From assembly GCF_009914755.1 (NCBI RefSeq), contig NC_060940.1: a DNA stretch of 64,000 bases; one strand, given 5' to 3'. This document shows positions 41,621-59,305 of this stretch, in pieces; position 1 is the stretch's first letter; every line of letters starts with the position of its first letter. The notes beneath the pieces are model-generated. The model was not told the origin of the DNA. It saw only the letters and a program-made list of their open reading frames with translations, and searched no databases. This DNA comes from the human T2T-CHM13v2.0 reference genome, Homo sapiens. The position numbers were made by a program, and so were the translations under genes.

Positions 41621-43930
41621 GGAAAAGTCTTCCCCAGACGGCTCCCCTAAACCGTTCCTCGGAGCCTCTCCCTCCCCAACTAGCTGCAGGCGGCCAGGTC
41701 TCGGGTGGGGAGCGGCCCCGACCTCGCCCCCCTCCCGGGTGAGTGGCGCCACCTTGGGCCGGCGCGCCCCGGAGCCAGGAGAACGGAGCGGGTGCACGGC
41801 GCGGCGCTGGGGGTTATCAATCTCTCGGATCGATAAGTTGCCACTTGGAGAGGGGAGGGCTACGTCCCCTCGGAGACGAGTTACCCAGGGCAACCTTTCA
41901 CGGAAAAACCCGCTGCCCGCCGAGAACAGCGCCGGGGCCGGCCGGGCCGCGGCGCCCGCCCCACGCAGGGTGCCCGCGCCCCGCCGCTCCCCAGCCTGCC
42001 GGCCAGCCGGGCCCGGCCCCGCTCAGCTCTCTCCGCGGTCCCGCCGGGCCCTGCTCGCCAACCCCGTGCTGGGCTGATTGCCGAGGTAGATGCCACCCAC
42101 GCACCCCCGCGGCTGGGGAGCGCGAGCTGGAGGATGCGGAGAGGCCTGAGGCAGGGGGGCCAGGCGCGCGCGCCCTAGGCAGTCTCAGAGGTAGAGTCGG
42201 GTGACGGGCTAAACGCGACGCCTAGCTGGACACCCTGACAGCGGCAGCGGGCGAGCGAGGCTCCCCAGAGGGGCGGAGGCCAGGACCGAGACGTCCCCTA
42301 ACTAGACCTAAGCCTTGAGGGCCGCCCCTCCCCAGGTTAGCGCTACCATCCCCAGGCCACAGTCCTCCCCAGCTTGTGCGTCCAAGAGTGTCCAACATCT
42401 CGGCCTTCCCGGAGGGAATAGGAGCCCCCCCCCCCCCACGCCCCCGCGGCCCAGGGATGGACGGAGTTGGGCTGAACCGGGGGTGCCAAGGGCCGAGGCG
42501 AGGGCAGGGGCCGCGAGGCGCCTGGGAAGGAGCCAGGAAGGAGGGGCAGAATCAGCCGCTCCCCCACCCCCGCCGGCGCCTGGGATCGAGGCCCGCGGAG
42601 AGTGGCTGACAGGCGGCAGATGGCACACGCTGGGGGAGGGGGACGATTGGCCTCGGCTCTGGGGTGCCCCCGCCGCGGGCTGCCTCTGCTAGAGGTAGGG
42701 GGCGGGGAACGGCCCCCAGCTCGCCCGCCCAGGCTTTCTGGGGGGCTGGAGATTGCGGATCCTGCCCAGCCGGGAGTCTGGAGAGTGAGGGGGCGGACAA
42801 AAGGAGCGCGGTGGGGAATGCGTGTGCGGGACGAAAGAGGGGCCGTCGGGGGAGAGGGGTGGTTGGAGTCCCACGGGGCTGCCCTTTTCCACCCCTAGGG
42901 GCCTGCTGAAGACTGAGGACGGAGGTGGGGGCAACAGGATGGGGAGCCCGCAATAGCCCATCCTGACCTAATCCGAAAGGACGAGATCCTGGAGCCGCTC
43001 ACAAAGTTTTCCGGGCCCCCTCCCACGCGTCGCCTGCACGTATGTCCGTTTCCCGACGCTCCGCCCTCCCCCGCCAAGTTCGGCGTCTCCCAGCTCAGCG
43101 GCAGTCAGGGTGCAGAGGGAGCCCGACCTTGTCCCCGCCTCGGCCCGTCCCGCTTCTTCTGAAGCTTGTTTCATTTTTAACTCCTTCCAGAAAAATGTTG
43201 TTTTAAGGAAAATCTCAAAGGAACAAAAAGCCAATAGTGCCTTCCTTATTTGCAATCCCCACCCACCTCTGAGCTCGGACTGCAAGGGCCTCAAGGGACA
43301 CCAGGTGACACCTGGGCCTTGCTTCTCACGGGTGACCTTGGACCAGAAAGGGTCATTTTCAGGTGTGTTTTATACCCCCCACCTGCCTACTTCTGGCAGG
43401 GAATAGGGGGTCCAGTCCCCTCCCCTATGAGAAGGGGCCCCTCTGGGCTCTCCTTCTTCGCCGGAAAGTGAACAGCTGCTCCTGCCCTGCTTGGAGGAGT
43501 GGCTGTGGAAACCCACTGTAAGCTGTAAGGAGCAGGAGCCACCATCATAAATGCAAGAGAAATTCCAAGTTGAGGTTTTTGAGAACAAGTAAGACTTTGC
43601 CCACAAAAAGGTGCATCTTCCTTCAAAGTCATAACTTGGCTGGAAGAGGGGAAACCTCTTGCCCAAGGCGGTGCCTTCCCCAACCATGCTCCTTAAGAAT
43701 GTTTTTCCTACATGTGCAGCAACTGAGGCTTCTTCCTTGAATTTTCAAGAGGCAGGCGTCATTTTGAGCAGTCTGGTGAATGCACGAGGGTCTGGTGGGC
43801 TACAAAAACAAGATAGGACAATAAAGAAAACAAGGCAGTGTTCACTTTGTGGCCTCAGACCTATGATCCCTGCAGAGCTCCCAGAGTTGCTCAAGGGATG
43901 CTTTCCAGTAAGTGACCAAATGCCCACCTT

Positions 43931-44368
<438 letters not shown>

Positions 44369-44554
44369 TTACTTTAAATGACAACAGTCACTTGAATATA
44401 TACGATCTGGAATGAGTGGTTTTTGTTTACTGCTTTATTACTTGAAACTCCCAGTCCCTACTGTGGAGAATTTGCATCAGCCTATGAGGAGCAGTCATTT
44501 TGGGGAGGGATGATTTATCCCTTCAGCTTTTCCCCAGAGAATAAGTTCACTGCT

Positions 44555-45240
<686 letters not shown>

Positions 45241-45579
45241 TCACAGCTCAGGCAAAGGCCACCATGGCCAGGCTTAGGAGCCAATTCCATCCATTTTCCA
45301 GTCCAGCTTCCCTCACCACCTAGCTGAAGAACCCGGAGCAAGGGAGCCCGTGTTCCAGTTTTGCATCTGCAAAATGAGAAAACGGATAGCACGGATCTCA
45401 TAGGGTGGTCCTGAGGGTTTCTCATCTGTCCATGCTGCCTGTCTGGCCACAAGACAGCAGTCATCTGGCCTTCGCTGTCCTCCCTTACCTTTTCTCTCTC
45501 ACCTTCACCACCTCCAAGGTCAATCATGTTCATAGAGATGCCAGTTACACAACTGCAGATCCCCTCCTTGCACCAATAA

Positions 45580-45918
<339 letters not shown>

Positions 45919-46747
45919 GTGTTTTATTTTAATGATGCATCTATCTGTAGAATCCAAGTTTCCCTGAACACTCCTGTTCTCAGGGTACTGAGGAAGCAAT
46001 GACCATGCTCTCTGGTCAAGCCTTCCAGGAGATGGCCTAGCAGCATGATTGTTAACCAGCAGCTGCCACAAGCCCAGGTCTTCCTCACCTCTTCATCATT
46101 ATTTGCAGGGTTCTTCTCACAAGACTTGGTCTTGAAGCTCCTGAGGGTTCAGAAGAGAGGAAGGCAAGATCGAAAAGAGAGTCCTTTCCTCTGCTTTTAG
46201 TTCTCAGCCTGGTGTTTTGAGGAGGGAAATCCCTGCAGATGCTCCTGAAATTCCCCAGAGGTCCCCATTGTCCCCCCCTCCCCATGACCACAACTCAAAG
46301 AGGCCAGCAGTGGACCCAGACATCTGCCTCTCTGGGGCTCTCTGGGGCTGTAGTAGCCTGGTGCCAAAAACAATAAGCCGGGTGTGGGAACCTCCTTGTC
46401 TTCTCTGGTTTCTGTTCAGCTGGGAAAGCCATTTCTATTTTATCATCATTATTATAATCATTTAATTCTTCAAACATCGGCAGTCTTTGCAGGGAACACC
46501 CACAAGGCAGCAAGGAAACCAACTTGGCGGGAGGATCCCCATGGACTCATACCCTCAGAAAGCTTGAAACTCCAGGCTCTGGCCCTGAGAGCATCTACCT
46601 CAACCACCTGTAGCTGCCCAGGTGTGCAGCACGCTCGAGCCTGGGGTCACTTGGCTCAGAGTCACTTGCTGCTTTGTTCTCTTAAAATACTTATTTTATA
46701 ATGTTTGTGATTCTCTTTACAATTTTTTTTCAGTATGATTTTTGTAA

Positions 46748-47059
<312 letters not shown>

Positions 47060-47668
47060 TAAGAAAATGTTTAAAACTTCTGTTTAATGAATGTGATGTG
47101 ATGTCAAATTCTTTCAGCTTTACCCAGAAGTGGTAAGGCAAAATGCTCTGTAGCATGCAAATTTCATGACTCAAACACTTCAGGACTGGTCACAAGTCCT
47201 TCCACCATCAGTAGCTTAACCAACCACCATCCAATCTAATTAGCAAACTGGACATCAAAAAATGTGATATGTTTAGCAGTGGGCTCTCATTGGTGAAACT
47301 GAAAGCACTCATGTACAGTTTAGCAAAAGTGATCCAGAGACACACCCCACCTTGCATGAACAGGGACTATAAAGCCAGAGAGGCTGGGATAAGCTGTATC
47401 TTTAAGGCGAACCCCCTGCACACATACCTTGAGCCCTAAGGGGCCCTGAGTCCAGCCATTGAGTAGGATTTCAGCTGCATGGTGCCCAGTAGAGGACACA
47501 GATTCCTGACTGGAAATGTGATGGGTATCTCCATAGTGTGCCTTTCACACTGGAACTGGTCAGAGAGTCTGGAAGGATAGAGAACTGAGACTTCATGGAG
47601 CTCACAAAAGTGGTTGCAGGATCTGTTTTGTGCTTAAAATGGTCCTACTTTGCTACTGGACATCCAGG

Positions 47669-47980
47669 TTTTTTATTTTTTATTTATTCATTTTTTTTGA
47701 GACAGGGTCACACTGAGTTGCCCAGGCTGGAGTGCTGTGGCATGATCATAGCTCACTGTAGCCTCGACCTCCCCAGCACAAGCGATCCTCCCACCTCAGC
47801 CTCCTAAGTAGCTGGGACCACAGGTACACACCACCACACCCAGAGAATTTTTGTATTTTTTATAGAGACAGCGTTTCACCACATTGGTCAGGCTGGTCTC
47901 GAATTCCTGGCCTCAAGCAATCTGCCTGCCTCAGCCTTCCAAAATGCTAGGATTACAGACATGAGCCACAGTGCTCAGCC
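47669..47980 (-). mobile_element. AluJ-like
   Basis: Full reverse Alu. Confidence 0.9.
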
Positions 47981-48549
47981 AATGTCTGTTTCATAATGGT
48001 CAGTGTGTGCGGCAGAATTTGGCCTTCAGTATCACTTGGTAGAGAGGTTGTGGGGGAGTAGAAAACCTTCATCCACCTCTGACCTCTTTTGTGACCACTA
48101 TTATCTACTGAAAAGGATGAAACTGGCTTAGATCATTTTGGGGGGAAAAATCTGGTATTTATTTCTTTCCTTGTATAAATACTCTTTCCCCACCATCATG
48201 GAAAGAACCTACTAGATGCCCAGGCCTGGGAGAAATACCATGGAGATTTCAGAAGAACATCAGAAGAACATCAGCATGTGTGGTCCCTGTACCGGCACAT
48301 ATAATGCCCTTAGACACCCAATGCCTCCAGGAAGGAGGGAGAGAAAGAGGATTATCAGGGCTGAGTCTACACTGCTCCCCATTGCATCCCTAGTACCCTG
48401 CAGATGCTCAGAACTTAGGGGTGGCTTTGGGAGAAAAAACATCAATCTGTGTGGCACACAGAGGAAGTGCCCAAATACCTCCCTGGGCAATCAACCATTG
48501 TTATATGAAGGCTTTCTGCCGGACAACAGAGGCTGATTAGAAGGCTTTG

Positions 48550-48864
48550 AGCCGGGCATTCTTTCACACACCTGTAATCCCAGTTCTTTGGGAGGCCAAG
48601 GTGGGCAGATCACTTGAGGTCAGGAGTTCGAGACCAGCCTGGCCAACATGGTGAAACCCCATCCCTACCGAAAATACAAAAATTATCTGGGCGTGATGGT
48701 GTGCACCTGTAATCCCAGCTATTCAGGAGGCTGAGGCAGGAGAATCACTTGAACCCGGAGGTGGAGGTTGCAGTGAGCTGAGATCGTGCCACTATACTCT
48801 AGCCTGCGTGACAGAGAAAGACTGTCTCAAAAAAAAAAAAAAGAAAGAAAACAAAAGAAAGAAA
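48550..48864 (+). mobile_element. AluS-like
   Basis: Full Alu. Confidence 0.92.
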
Positions 48865-49547
48865 GCTTGCCCACCCAACTAGGTCAAACACTCTTTCAGG
48901 GCAGAGCCCTCAATTTTGCTCTATACCCCTTTCACACAAGGGTGCCCACTGCCTGCCCAGTGAGTGCTGGTGACTGGAAAAGCTGGCAGGACACTGTCCA
49001 GAGGTCAGCAGTGGGCTCTAGACACACAGGGGAAAGAGCTGGTGAATTGAAATCCCAGCCTTACCTTGGGCAAGACAACCTTACCTATAAAATGAGAGGA
49101 TAGTGTCCCTGGCACAGGGTGGTTGTAATCCATAAGACAATGTCACCATAGTGACCTGCCTCCATGATATGAAAGGGGCATGGAATCAGCTCATGCTGTA
49201 ACACACCTAGCACGCAGCACTTTGCACATAGTAGGTGCTTGATCAATGTTCATTATAAAGTTTTGATTGTGGTTCCTTTTCAGTAATGGGTATGGCTGAG
49301 ACTCTGCTGAGGGGGTGCTGACAAGGAAGTAAGCTCTTTTGCAAGGACCTGAACTAAGGCTAGAGAAGAGAGCAGGTAAGCAGCTTCCTGAGAGCCCCAG
49401 AACACAAGCACCTAGTTTTATTTGTTCCTCCGTTCCCTGGATTCCTTCCCTAGGGCCTTCATATTGTGAGGGCTTAATTCACATTAGCTATTGTTAATGT
49501 TTGTAGGCAGAGCACACACAACAGCCACTCAATCAGTTTAGGTTCCT

Positions 49548-50138
<591 letters not shown>

Positions 50139-51259
50139 TCAGTCTCCCCATTTGTGAAATCCCCCTGGTTCTCTGTCTGAAGGAAGAAGCACATCTGGGC
50201 TTATTCCTACCCTCTGGCCCAACCAGCACCAGGCCACAGTTCAAAGCCTGAGGAGCAGAGGAAATTCAGGGAAAAGGCCACCAAAGGGAGGTTATGGGGC
50301 TTGGGCCCCACTGGGATGGGAGCAGATGGGGCAGGACTCAGACCTCAGTGGACACAGCCCGGTGCAGTAATTCCCGGGGCTGCCGCTGCCTCCGCTGAGC
50401 GGCCCAGCCCCATCCTGGCCATGCGCTTTGGGACATGCCAGGGCCTGGCTTCCCAGGGGCCAGAGGGAGCTCCCGCAGGGGACTTCAAAAGCCCAAATGC
50501 CTTTCAGAAAGGAACTAAAACTTTCTGCTTAACCAAAGCCTCCACAGGAGAAGAACAGGCCTAGCCCTTTTCTTTTTAAGTCTCTTTATTTTCCAGCCGG
50601 CTGGCCTGGTCATTCTCTTTTTTTCCTATTATAAACGGTCCCAGCTGCAACACACAGGGAAAAAAAAAAAAAAAAAAAAAAACATCTCCCAGGCCTGGGC
50701 AGGGGCCGGTTGCAGCCGCAGCCGCCTGCCTGGCCTCCTGCAGCAGACAAAGGCGGCTCTGGCCTCCGGCACCCACTGGGAGAGGCCCTGGAGCCCCTGC
50801 CCAGAGCCAAGACCATAGCAGGAGTAAGGGGAAGATTCAGGAAGTTTCTGCCTGCACTCCAAACCTTCTCCTGCCCCTGGGAGCAGAGCCACCATTTGGC
50901 CAAGCCAAGGACTTCTGGAGGGCCTGTTTGTCAAGGGCAGAAAATGAACAATTAGGTCCCCCTTACAAAAGCAACAGGATTCTGGGTCTAAAGGACCTGG
51001 AAGGGCCTTATGAGATGATCTAGCCTTGGATTAGAAAGATGGAGAAACTGATGTCTAGCAAGGAACAGATTTGCCCAAGGTCACATTGCCAGCTAATGGC
51101 AGAGCTGGCCTTGGAGCCAGTACTCTCAATTCCAAAACCAGATAACAAAGAAATGTTGGGGGAGGGAAGGCAGGTGAGGGAACTGAACATCCTGAAGTTG
51201 CTAGATGTTGGTGGGGGGTAGGTGTCAGGGTGTCATTGCTTTTAGTCCTGGGTGAGACC

Positions 51260-51445
51260 GACATCTGGTGATCTGAATGCAGACAGCCCGCTTTGAACTC
51301 AGCTCCTCTGCCTCCCAGCAAGTAATTTCATTTATCTGTGCCTCAGTTTCCTCATCTGTGAAAATGGGGGTATACTCATATCTACCAGGTAGAGCTGCTG
51401 TAAGGATTAAAGGAGCCTATAGATAAAACACTTAGAATAGTGCTG
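51260..51445 (+). mobile_element. MIR
   Basis: ctgtgcctcagtttcctcatctgtgaaaatgggg core. Confidence 0.75.
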
Positions 51446-51999
51446 AAGAAAGTGACATCTTACTATCACAAATGCTTTCTTCACCTAACCCATGTTTGCA
51501 ACCTCCGGTGGGGGCCCTGCTGTGACAGCCACTGGGCCAGTGGTGGGCACCAGCTGGGCAAGGCAGAAAAGCCCCTGGTCTGATGGAACTGCCTGGTCAT
51601 GGCGGGGGGAGTGGGGGGTCACACTAACTGACACGCTGGCTTGTTAGCCCAGAGCCGGCACGTAGCACACGCTAATCTTCCATTCTCCTAGTGGGAGGTT
51701 AGCAGGGACCACAAACTCAGCTGTCCCCAGCTGTCCCCAGATCCTAACTGACCAGGCAGGAGAAGGCAAGCAGGCTGGGATCTGCGTGGAGTCAAAGGGA
51801 GTGTGTTCCCTGCAAAGACGGGGGAAGCCACCCTGCAGTGCCCCTTACAGACTGTAACCATGTTTCTAAGTGGGACTAAGCCCCAGGCCCACAGTTTGCG
51901 ACCTCCCCAGCCTGGTGAGTCTGGCTCATTCTCGTTGCCTGCCACGGTGCCAGGGAGGCAGGGGTGGTGTGTGAAGAAGAGGGAGCCCTTATTCTGGCG

Positions 52000-52320
52000 C
52001 TCTTGCGGTGTTCCATTCCCCCGCCGCCCATTCCCACCCCAAGAGGCTCTCCAACTTTGCACCACCTCCCAGCGCTAGAAGCGGAGCGGCCCTGGGCATG
52101 GTCTGCGAGCTAGGGGTGCGGGGCCGCCGGCGGGCCGCAGCCAGGTGCCCCTCGCTGCTCTTGGCTCTTGCACTCTCGCCAAGCCCCGTGAGCAGCGCGG
52201 CCCAAGCTCCCGCAGTGGCCCGTGAGCAGCGCGGCCCAAGCTCCCGCAGTGGCCCACAGGGACACTGCCTCCCGTGGGGCGCCAACCCGCTCTCAAAAAG
52301 CCAGCAAGCCCGAAAACAAA
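52000..52320. promoter_or_regulatory. Small upstream CpG-rich element
   Basis: Local CpG cluster in unique sequence. Confidence 0.55.
52185..52255 (+). repeat. Perfect 34-bp tandem duplication
   Basis: cccgtgagcagcgcggcccaagctcccgcagtgg x2. Confidence 0.95.
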
Positions 52321-53109
52321 CTCTCCTGATCTTCTGCCCTGGGAACCCCATGGACCTCACAGAAACCTTGTCTGAAGCAGGAGGTGGGAGGAAGAGGACC
52401 CAGATCCCCTGGGCTAAGGACAGCCCCCTCCTTTCCACGCTTTTCTCCCAGCGCCCCACTTCCAAGGCCCAGCCCAATATCCTGCAGAGTGGTCTTCCTG
52501 TACCGTTTAAGTTCACACCCATGATGCAGTCATTATCTCCATTTTTCGTGAGAAAATCGAGTCTCAGAGAGGCCATGTCACTGGTCCAAGGTCACACAGC
52601 CCTTAAGGAATAGAGCTGGGATGGAAATCAAGGCAAATCTTCCTCCAAAGCTGGAGGTGTTCGCCTGCCCAGCCAGTTAATTTCAGTTTCTGTAACTTGC
52701 CTGAAGCATAGTTGACATATTGATTTTAGATGGATGGACGTTTAGATAGACATATAAACAGATAGATAAAGATGGCATCTGGGAACCACAGACGATTATA
52801 TCAGGTGTCAGGTTGGGGGCACAGCATGTCCTTCCTCTAAATCTCCATCAACCCCCAAATTCTTTTGTGTTCATGGTTAATTAGGAAAGATTTTGAACAT
52901 GCAGAAAATAATAATAGCTGATACTTATGTGCACCTAATAGATATGAAAATGTTACATTTGTTGGGGAGTGGGGTGGTGGAGTGGGGTGGGTTAGTTGAT
53001 ATGGACAACTGATGTTTTCTCAATCTTACTCAAATGTAGCTTCAAGTCAAATCACCTAGGTTCCCTGTACCCCTCCAACTAGACCTAAGCCCATTTAAGA
53101 ATGCTGCTA

Positions 53110-53206
53110 CAGGGGTCAGGGGCCTGCAGGGGTAACCAGCAGGGGGTCAGGGGCCTGCAGGGGTAACCAGCAGGGGGTCAGGGGCCTGCAGGGGTAACCA
53201 GCAGGG
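53110..53206 (+). repeat. 31-bp G-rich minisatellite, ~3.2 copies
   Basis: cagggggtcaggggcctgcaggggtaaccag repeated (first copy one G shorter). Confidence 0.95.
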
Positions 53207-54279
53207 CTGGGAAAGCCTCCAGTGTTAGGTATTCATCAAAGCTGCAGGGGCCTTGACTGAAATATCAGATCTTGAACATACCACCCTTAGGAGAAAGGCC
53301 CTATGAACAGACAGCAGAGATAGCAAGGGTCCTGATTTACAGGGGTGCAACCTGAGGCTGGAAAACGACTTGTCTGGGGCCAAAGATTCCGCCCTTTCTT
53401 TCTCTTCTCCACCCCTGCTTCCCTGTTTCCCCCTTGCTTCCCTTGGAAGAGTAGATGCAGAAAGGAAGGCGGCACCTGTTGAGGGAGGGGCCCTGGAAGA
53501 TGAAACTCCTGGCAAGAGGGAAGGAGCCAGGCTATGCCTGGCTTCCAGGGAAGAAGGCTGCAGGGCCCTGGGGGTCAGCTGCCCTGCCTGCTTCATGGGG
53601 CTTCAGGGCTCTGTTGGCCCCTGCAGAGATGCTGAGCAGGGATACCCAGCAGAGCATCTGGAAATTGGGAGGGGGGTGTTCACAGGCACCCTCAGGAACG
53701 ACAGACAGGCAACATGTCAGGCAGGTTTATATCCCTAGACATGAGGAAGGGGCCGCCTGCCACCATGGGATGTCCACCTGGATCAGGTGGTAGATGGTGA
53801 CTCTCAAGCATAAGACCCTCCGTCTCTTTCTTTGGACACTCCCCGCACACGCACACTTTTTGGGGGTCATTCTTGTATGAATATATCTGTCCAGCTAGCC
53901 TCAAGGTTTGGGAATCTGGAACCAGAAATGCAGAACCCTCTCCTGGGCAGGTCCCTGGACTCACTTGAACTTTCAGAGAAGCCACAGGGTCAAAGCAGTG
54001 AGATGATAGCAACAAGAATAATACTAAGAATAACAATTTAGGAATTTTTCTGTTGCAAATGATTTTTTTAAAAAAATCTGGCTTAAACAAAAACTGTGTG
54101 GTTCCAGATTCAGGCTTGAGAGGATCCAGATATTCAAATCATATCACAAAGGACACCATCTCTCCATCATTCAGCCTGGCTCTCCTGCATAGTGGCTTCA
54201 TTCTCAGACTCCACACAGTGACAGCATGGCTGCCAGGGTCCAGCTGTCCTGACAGTTTCAAGGTCAATGAGAAAGAGTC

Positions 54280-54835
<556 letters not shown>

Positions 54836-55443
54836 TAGATTATAAGCTCCATGAGGACAGGGACTTCTTGAATCTTATTCACGGCTCTGTCCTCTGTACC
54901 TAGAGCAAACCTAGAACAGCAAAGGCACTGAAACAATTTTTTATTGGAAAGAACACAATTTTACCCTCCCAGAAGCAGAAAATGTGGAGGTGGAGGGAGC
55001 AGACAGTTGTTCTCAAGCTCTGACCAGCTCACCCAAGATAAAAACAATGTTATCCTTGGTCCCTGTCACTAGCTTCTCATTGTTTATATGCAAATTTGCT
55101 TTTGCACATTTACAATAGTATCTTGTATAAGACATTAGGTTACATGTTTTCAGTTAACATTATGCAGTAGATACTTTTCCATTTGGGTTGTAGACCAAGC
55201 TGTTTTCCCCCTTACTTATCTAGCCTTTTCCCACTCCTCACTTCCAAGGCCAGCAGCCTGGTTTCCATGCTCACAGGTCATACACAAACAGAAGTACCTG
55301 TATGGGAAGGGGCTGGGCTGGTACTAGCGTGATAAGGTGCTTCACACTGAAGAGGCTGGTCACTTGCCCACCTCTGGCTCTCCTCACTGGACTTAACTAC
55401 ACATCCTAGAAGCCCTTCCAGGCACTTGGAATAGTGCTAACTA

Positions 55444-55767
<324 letters not shown>

Positions 55768-55870
55768 TCATGGCCACATAATACTGCACATGTAAATGTA
55801 TCACAATTAAACTTTTCATCTTGGGTATAAATGTTTCCATGCTTTTGTTCCTTCATAAAAACACTTTAAG

Positions 55871-56828
<958 letters not shown>

Positions 56829-57601
56829 AATTAATATATACTGCCAAGTTTCTTTTCCCCTCAAAGCCATAACAATTCCTATTTGCACCAACTATATATG
56901 ACAGTGCCTTCTCCCCCAGATTCCCCCAGGACTATCACCCATTTTATTTTTGCTGATCTCATGGCATACTAGTGGCATTTTATGTGGCTCTAATTTGCAT
57001 TTTTCTGGACCAAGAGTCATATTGAGTTTCTTTTCATGCATTTTTGGCTATTTGAGTTTCCTCTTCTGCAAAACACATGGTTGTATCCTTAGCTCGTTTT
57101 AGGATGTGGTCAATCCAGAAGAGCACTCTGACTATGCACTTACCTCAGTGGATCAGAGTTATTTATGTTCCAGAAGGCTGTGAGCTCCACCCGGCAGGGG
57201 CTGTATCTTATTCCTCCTGCACTAGCACCAGCACCAAGCTCAGCACCTTGCACACAGGATTTCAGGAAGCACTGAATGAAGAAAGGAACCTCTGGCAGCC
57301 CTGGGATGCCCCAGCAGGCCCAGTCACCAGGGCAGGCTGCTGGGGGATCTGAGCACATTCTTACACTGAGGGTTATGTGTTATTTCTCCCAGCCCATGGT
57401 CACCCCTTGCTAGGACCTTTGAAGAGCTCCTTGGCAAAGCCGAGTGGAATCTCATCATGGCAAGTGCCCCCAGTGAGCCTGGGGCTCCTCTGCCTCCTCT
57501 CTCTTCTTTCCCCCAGGACAGGAAGATCCAAAGCCAACAACCCCTTGGCCATGGAGCACCCTCTCCCCAGAAGGTCAGGGAATCCATTCCCTCTCTCTCT
57601 C

Positions 57602-57905
57602 TTTTTTTTTTTTTTTTTTTTTTTTGAGTCTCACTCTGTCGGCCAGGCTGGAATGCAGTGGCACCATCTCACTCAATTCACTGCACCCTCCACCTCCTGG
57701 GTTCAAGCGATTCTCCTGCCTCAGCCTCCCAAGTAGCTGGGATTACAGGTGTGTGCCATCATGCCCAGCTAATTTTTGTATTTTTAGTAGAGACAGAGTT
57801 TTGCCATGTTGGCCAGGCTGGTCTTGAGCTCCTGACCTCAAGTGATCTGCCCACCTTGGCCTCCCAAAGTGCTGTGATTGTGGGTGTGAGCCACTGCGAC
57901 TGGCC
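57602..57905 (-). mobile_element. AluS-like
   Basis: Full reverse Alu. Confidence 0.92.
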
Positions 57906-58406
57906 CCAAGGAAGCCATTCTCAAACTCCTTCCAGCCACTTCACTGCCTGCTGTGAGTCTGCCAGAGGGGGAGGGAAGGAATGAAGACCCCCCCTCCAAG
58001 TGATGACACCAAGTTGCCCCTCCCTAGGGTGTGATTTGGCTGGATAGAAAGGATCTGGTTTGGACCATGTGAGTGCCTCACCTAAAGCAAGGCCAAACTC
58101 AGCAGGAGCAGCTTCCCTGTGGCCAGTCTGATTTTTGGTCCCCGCTTAAGGAGACTGAGGGGTCGGGGGTGGGCAAATTCCTTCTTCTGATCTCCGAACG
58201 AGCATCTGCTTGAATCACTACAGACCCCCATGCCAAGCTCAGGAACATTGGAGCCTCTGCCTCACAACTGCCTGGGACCAAACTCATTCATGCAACAAAT
58301 ACTTATTGGGCATCTATTATGTTCCAGGCAGAGTTCCAGGCACTAGGGATACATTAATGATCCAACAGGCAAAAATCTCTGCACTCTTGCAGCTGACCTT
58401 GTCCAG

Positions 58407-58701
58407 CAGGGCTTGACAAATTTTTTCTCTAAAGGCCAGAGAGTAAACATTTTTGGCTTTTCAGGCCATAAGGTCTCTGTTGAACTGACTTAACTGCCTT
58501 TGTAGTGTGAAAACACCCATGCATGGGTGTGGCTGTGTTCCAATAAAACTTTATTTATGGACACTGAAATTTGAATTCTGTGTAATGTTCATGTGTCCTG
58601 AAATATGAGTGTTTCTTTTTCTCTTCCCCAACCATTAAAAATTTGTAAAGCACTCTTAGCTCAAGGGAGGGCTGTATAAAAACAGGTGGTGCCAACCTCT
58701 G
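58407..58701. mobile_element. MER58B-like hAT-Charlie MITE
   Basis: aaaggccagagagtaaacattt and gtggctgtgttccaataaaactttatttatggacactg motifs. Confidence 0.8.
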
Positions 58702-58714
58702 TTCTAGAGGGATA

Positions 58715-58960
58715 ATAAAAACTGAAACTTACACAGCACTTATATGTGCCAGGTACTGTTCCAGTGCTTATGTAAATTGACTCATTCAATCCTTACACAA
58801 ACCCTGGGAGGCGTGCAATCATTGCTGGCCCCACTTTACAGAGAAGGCAAGAGGCACACAGAAATTGACATAAAGTTATATTATTAGAAAATTGTGGGGC
58901 CAGGATTTGCATCCAGATCCAAAGTGTATGGTTTTATACACTATTCTATACCTTTGCCTC
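58715..58960 (-). mobile_element. MIR
   Basis: atgtgccaggtactgtt...tcattcaatccttacac...cccactttacagag. Confidence 0.65.
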
Positions 58961-58984
58961 CAAAAAAATCCAACAAAATCATAA

Positions 58985-59305
<321 letters not shown>

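Larger units (their letters stand above)
38300..43150. promoter_or_regulatory. Main ZNF423 promoter CpG island
   Basis: Very high GC and CpG density, GC boxes and GCC repeats; spans exon 1. Confidence 0.93.

Noticed and set aside
53110-53206. 31-bp direct repeats as a CRISPR-like array
   Set aside because: Head-to-tail units without spacers in mammalian DNA; this is a minisatellite.
57239-57258. TCAGCACCTTGCACAC as RE1
   Set aside because: The right half-site mismatches GGACAG at key positions and it lies in L2-like sequence.
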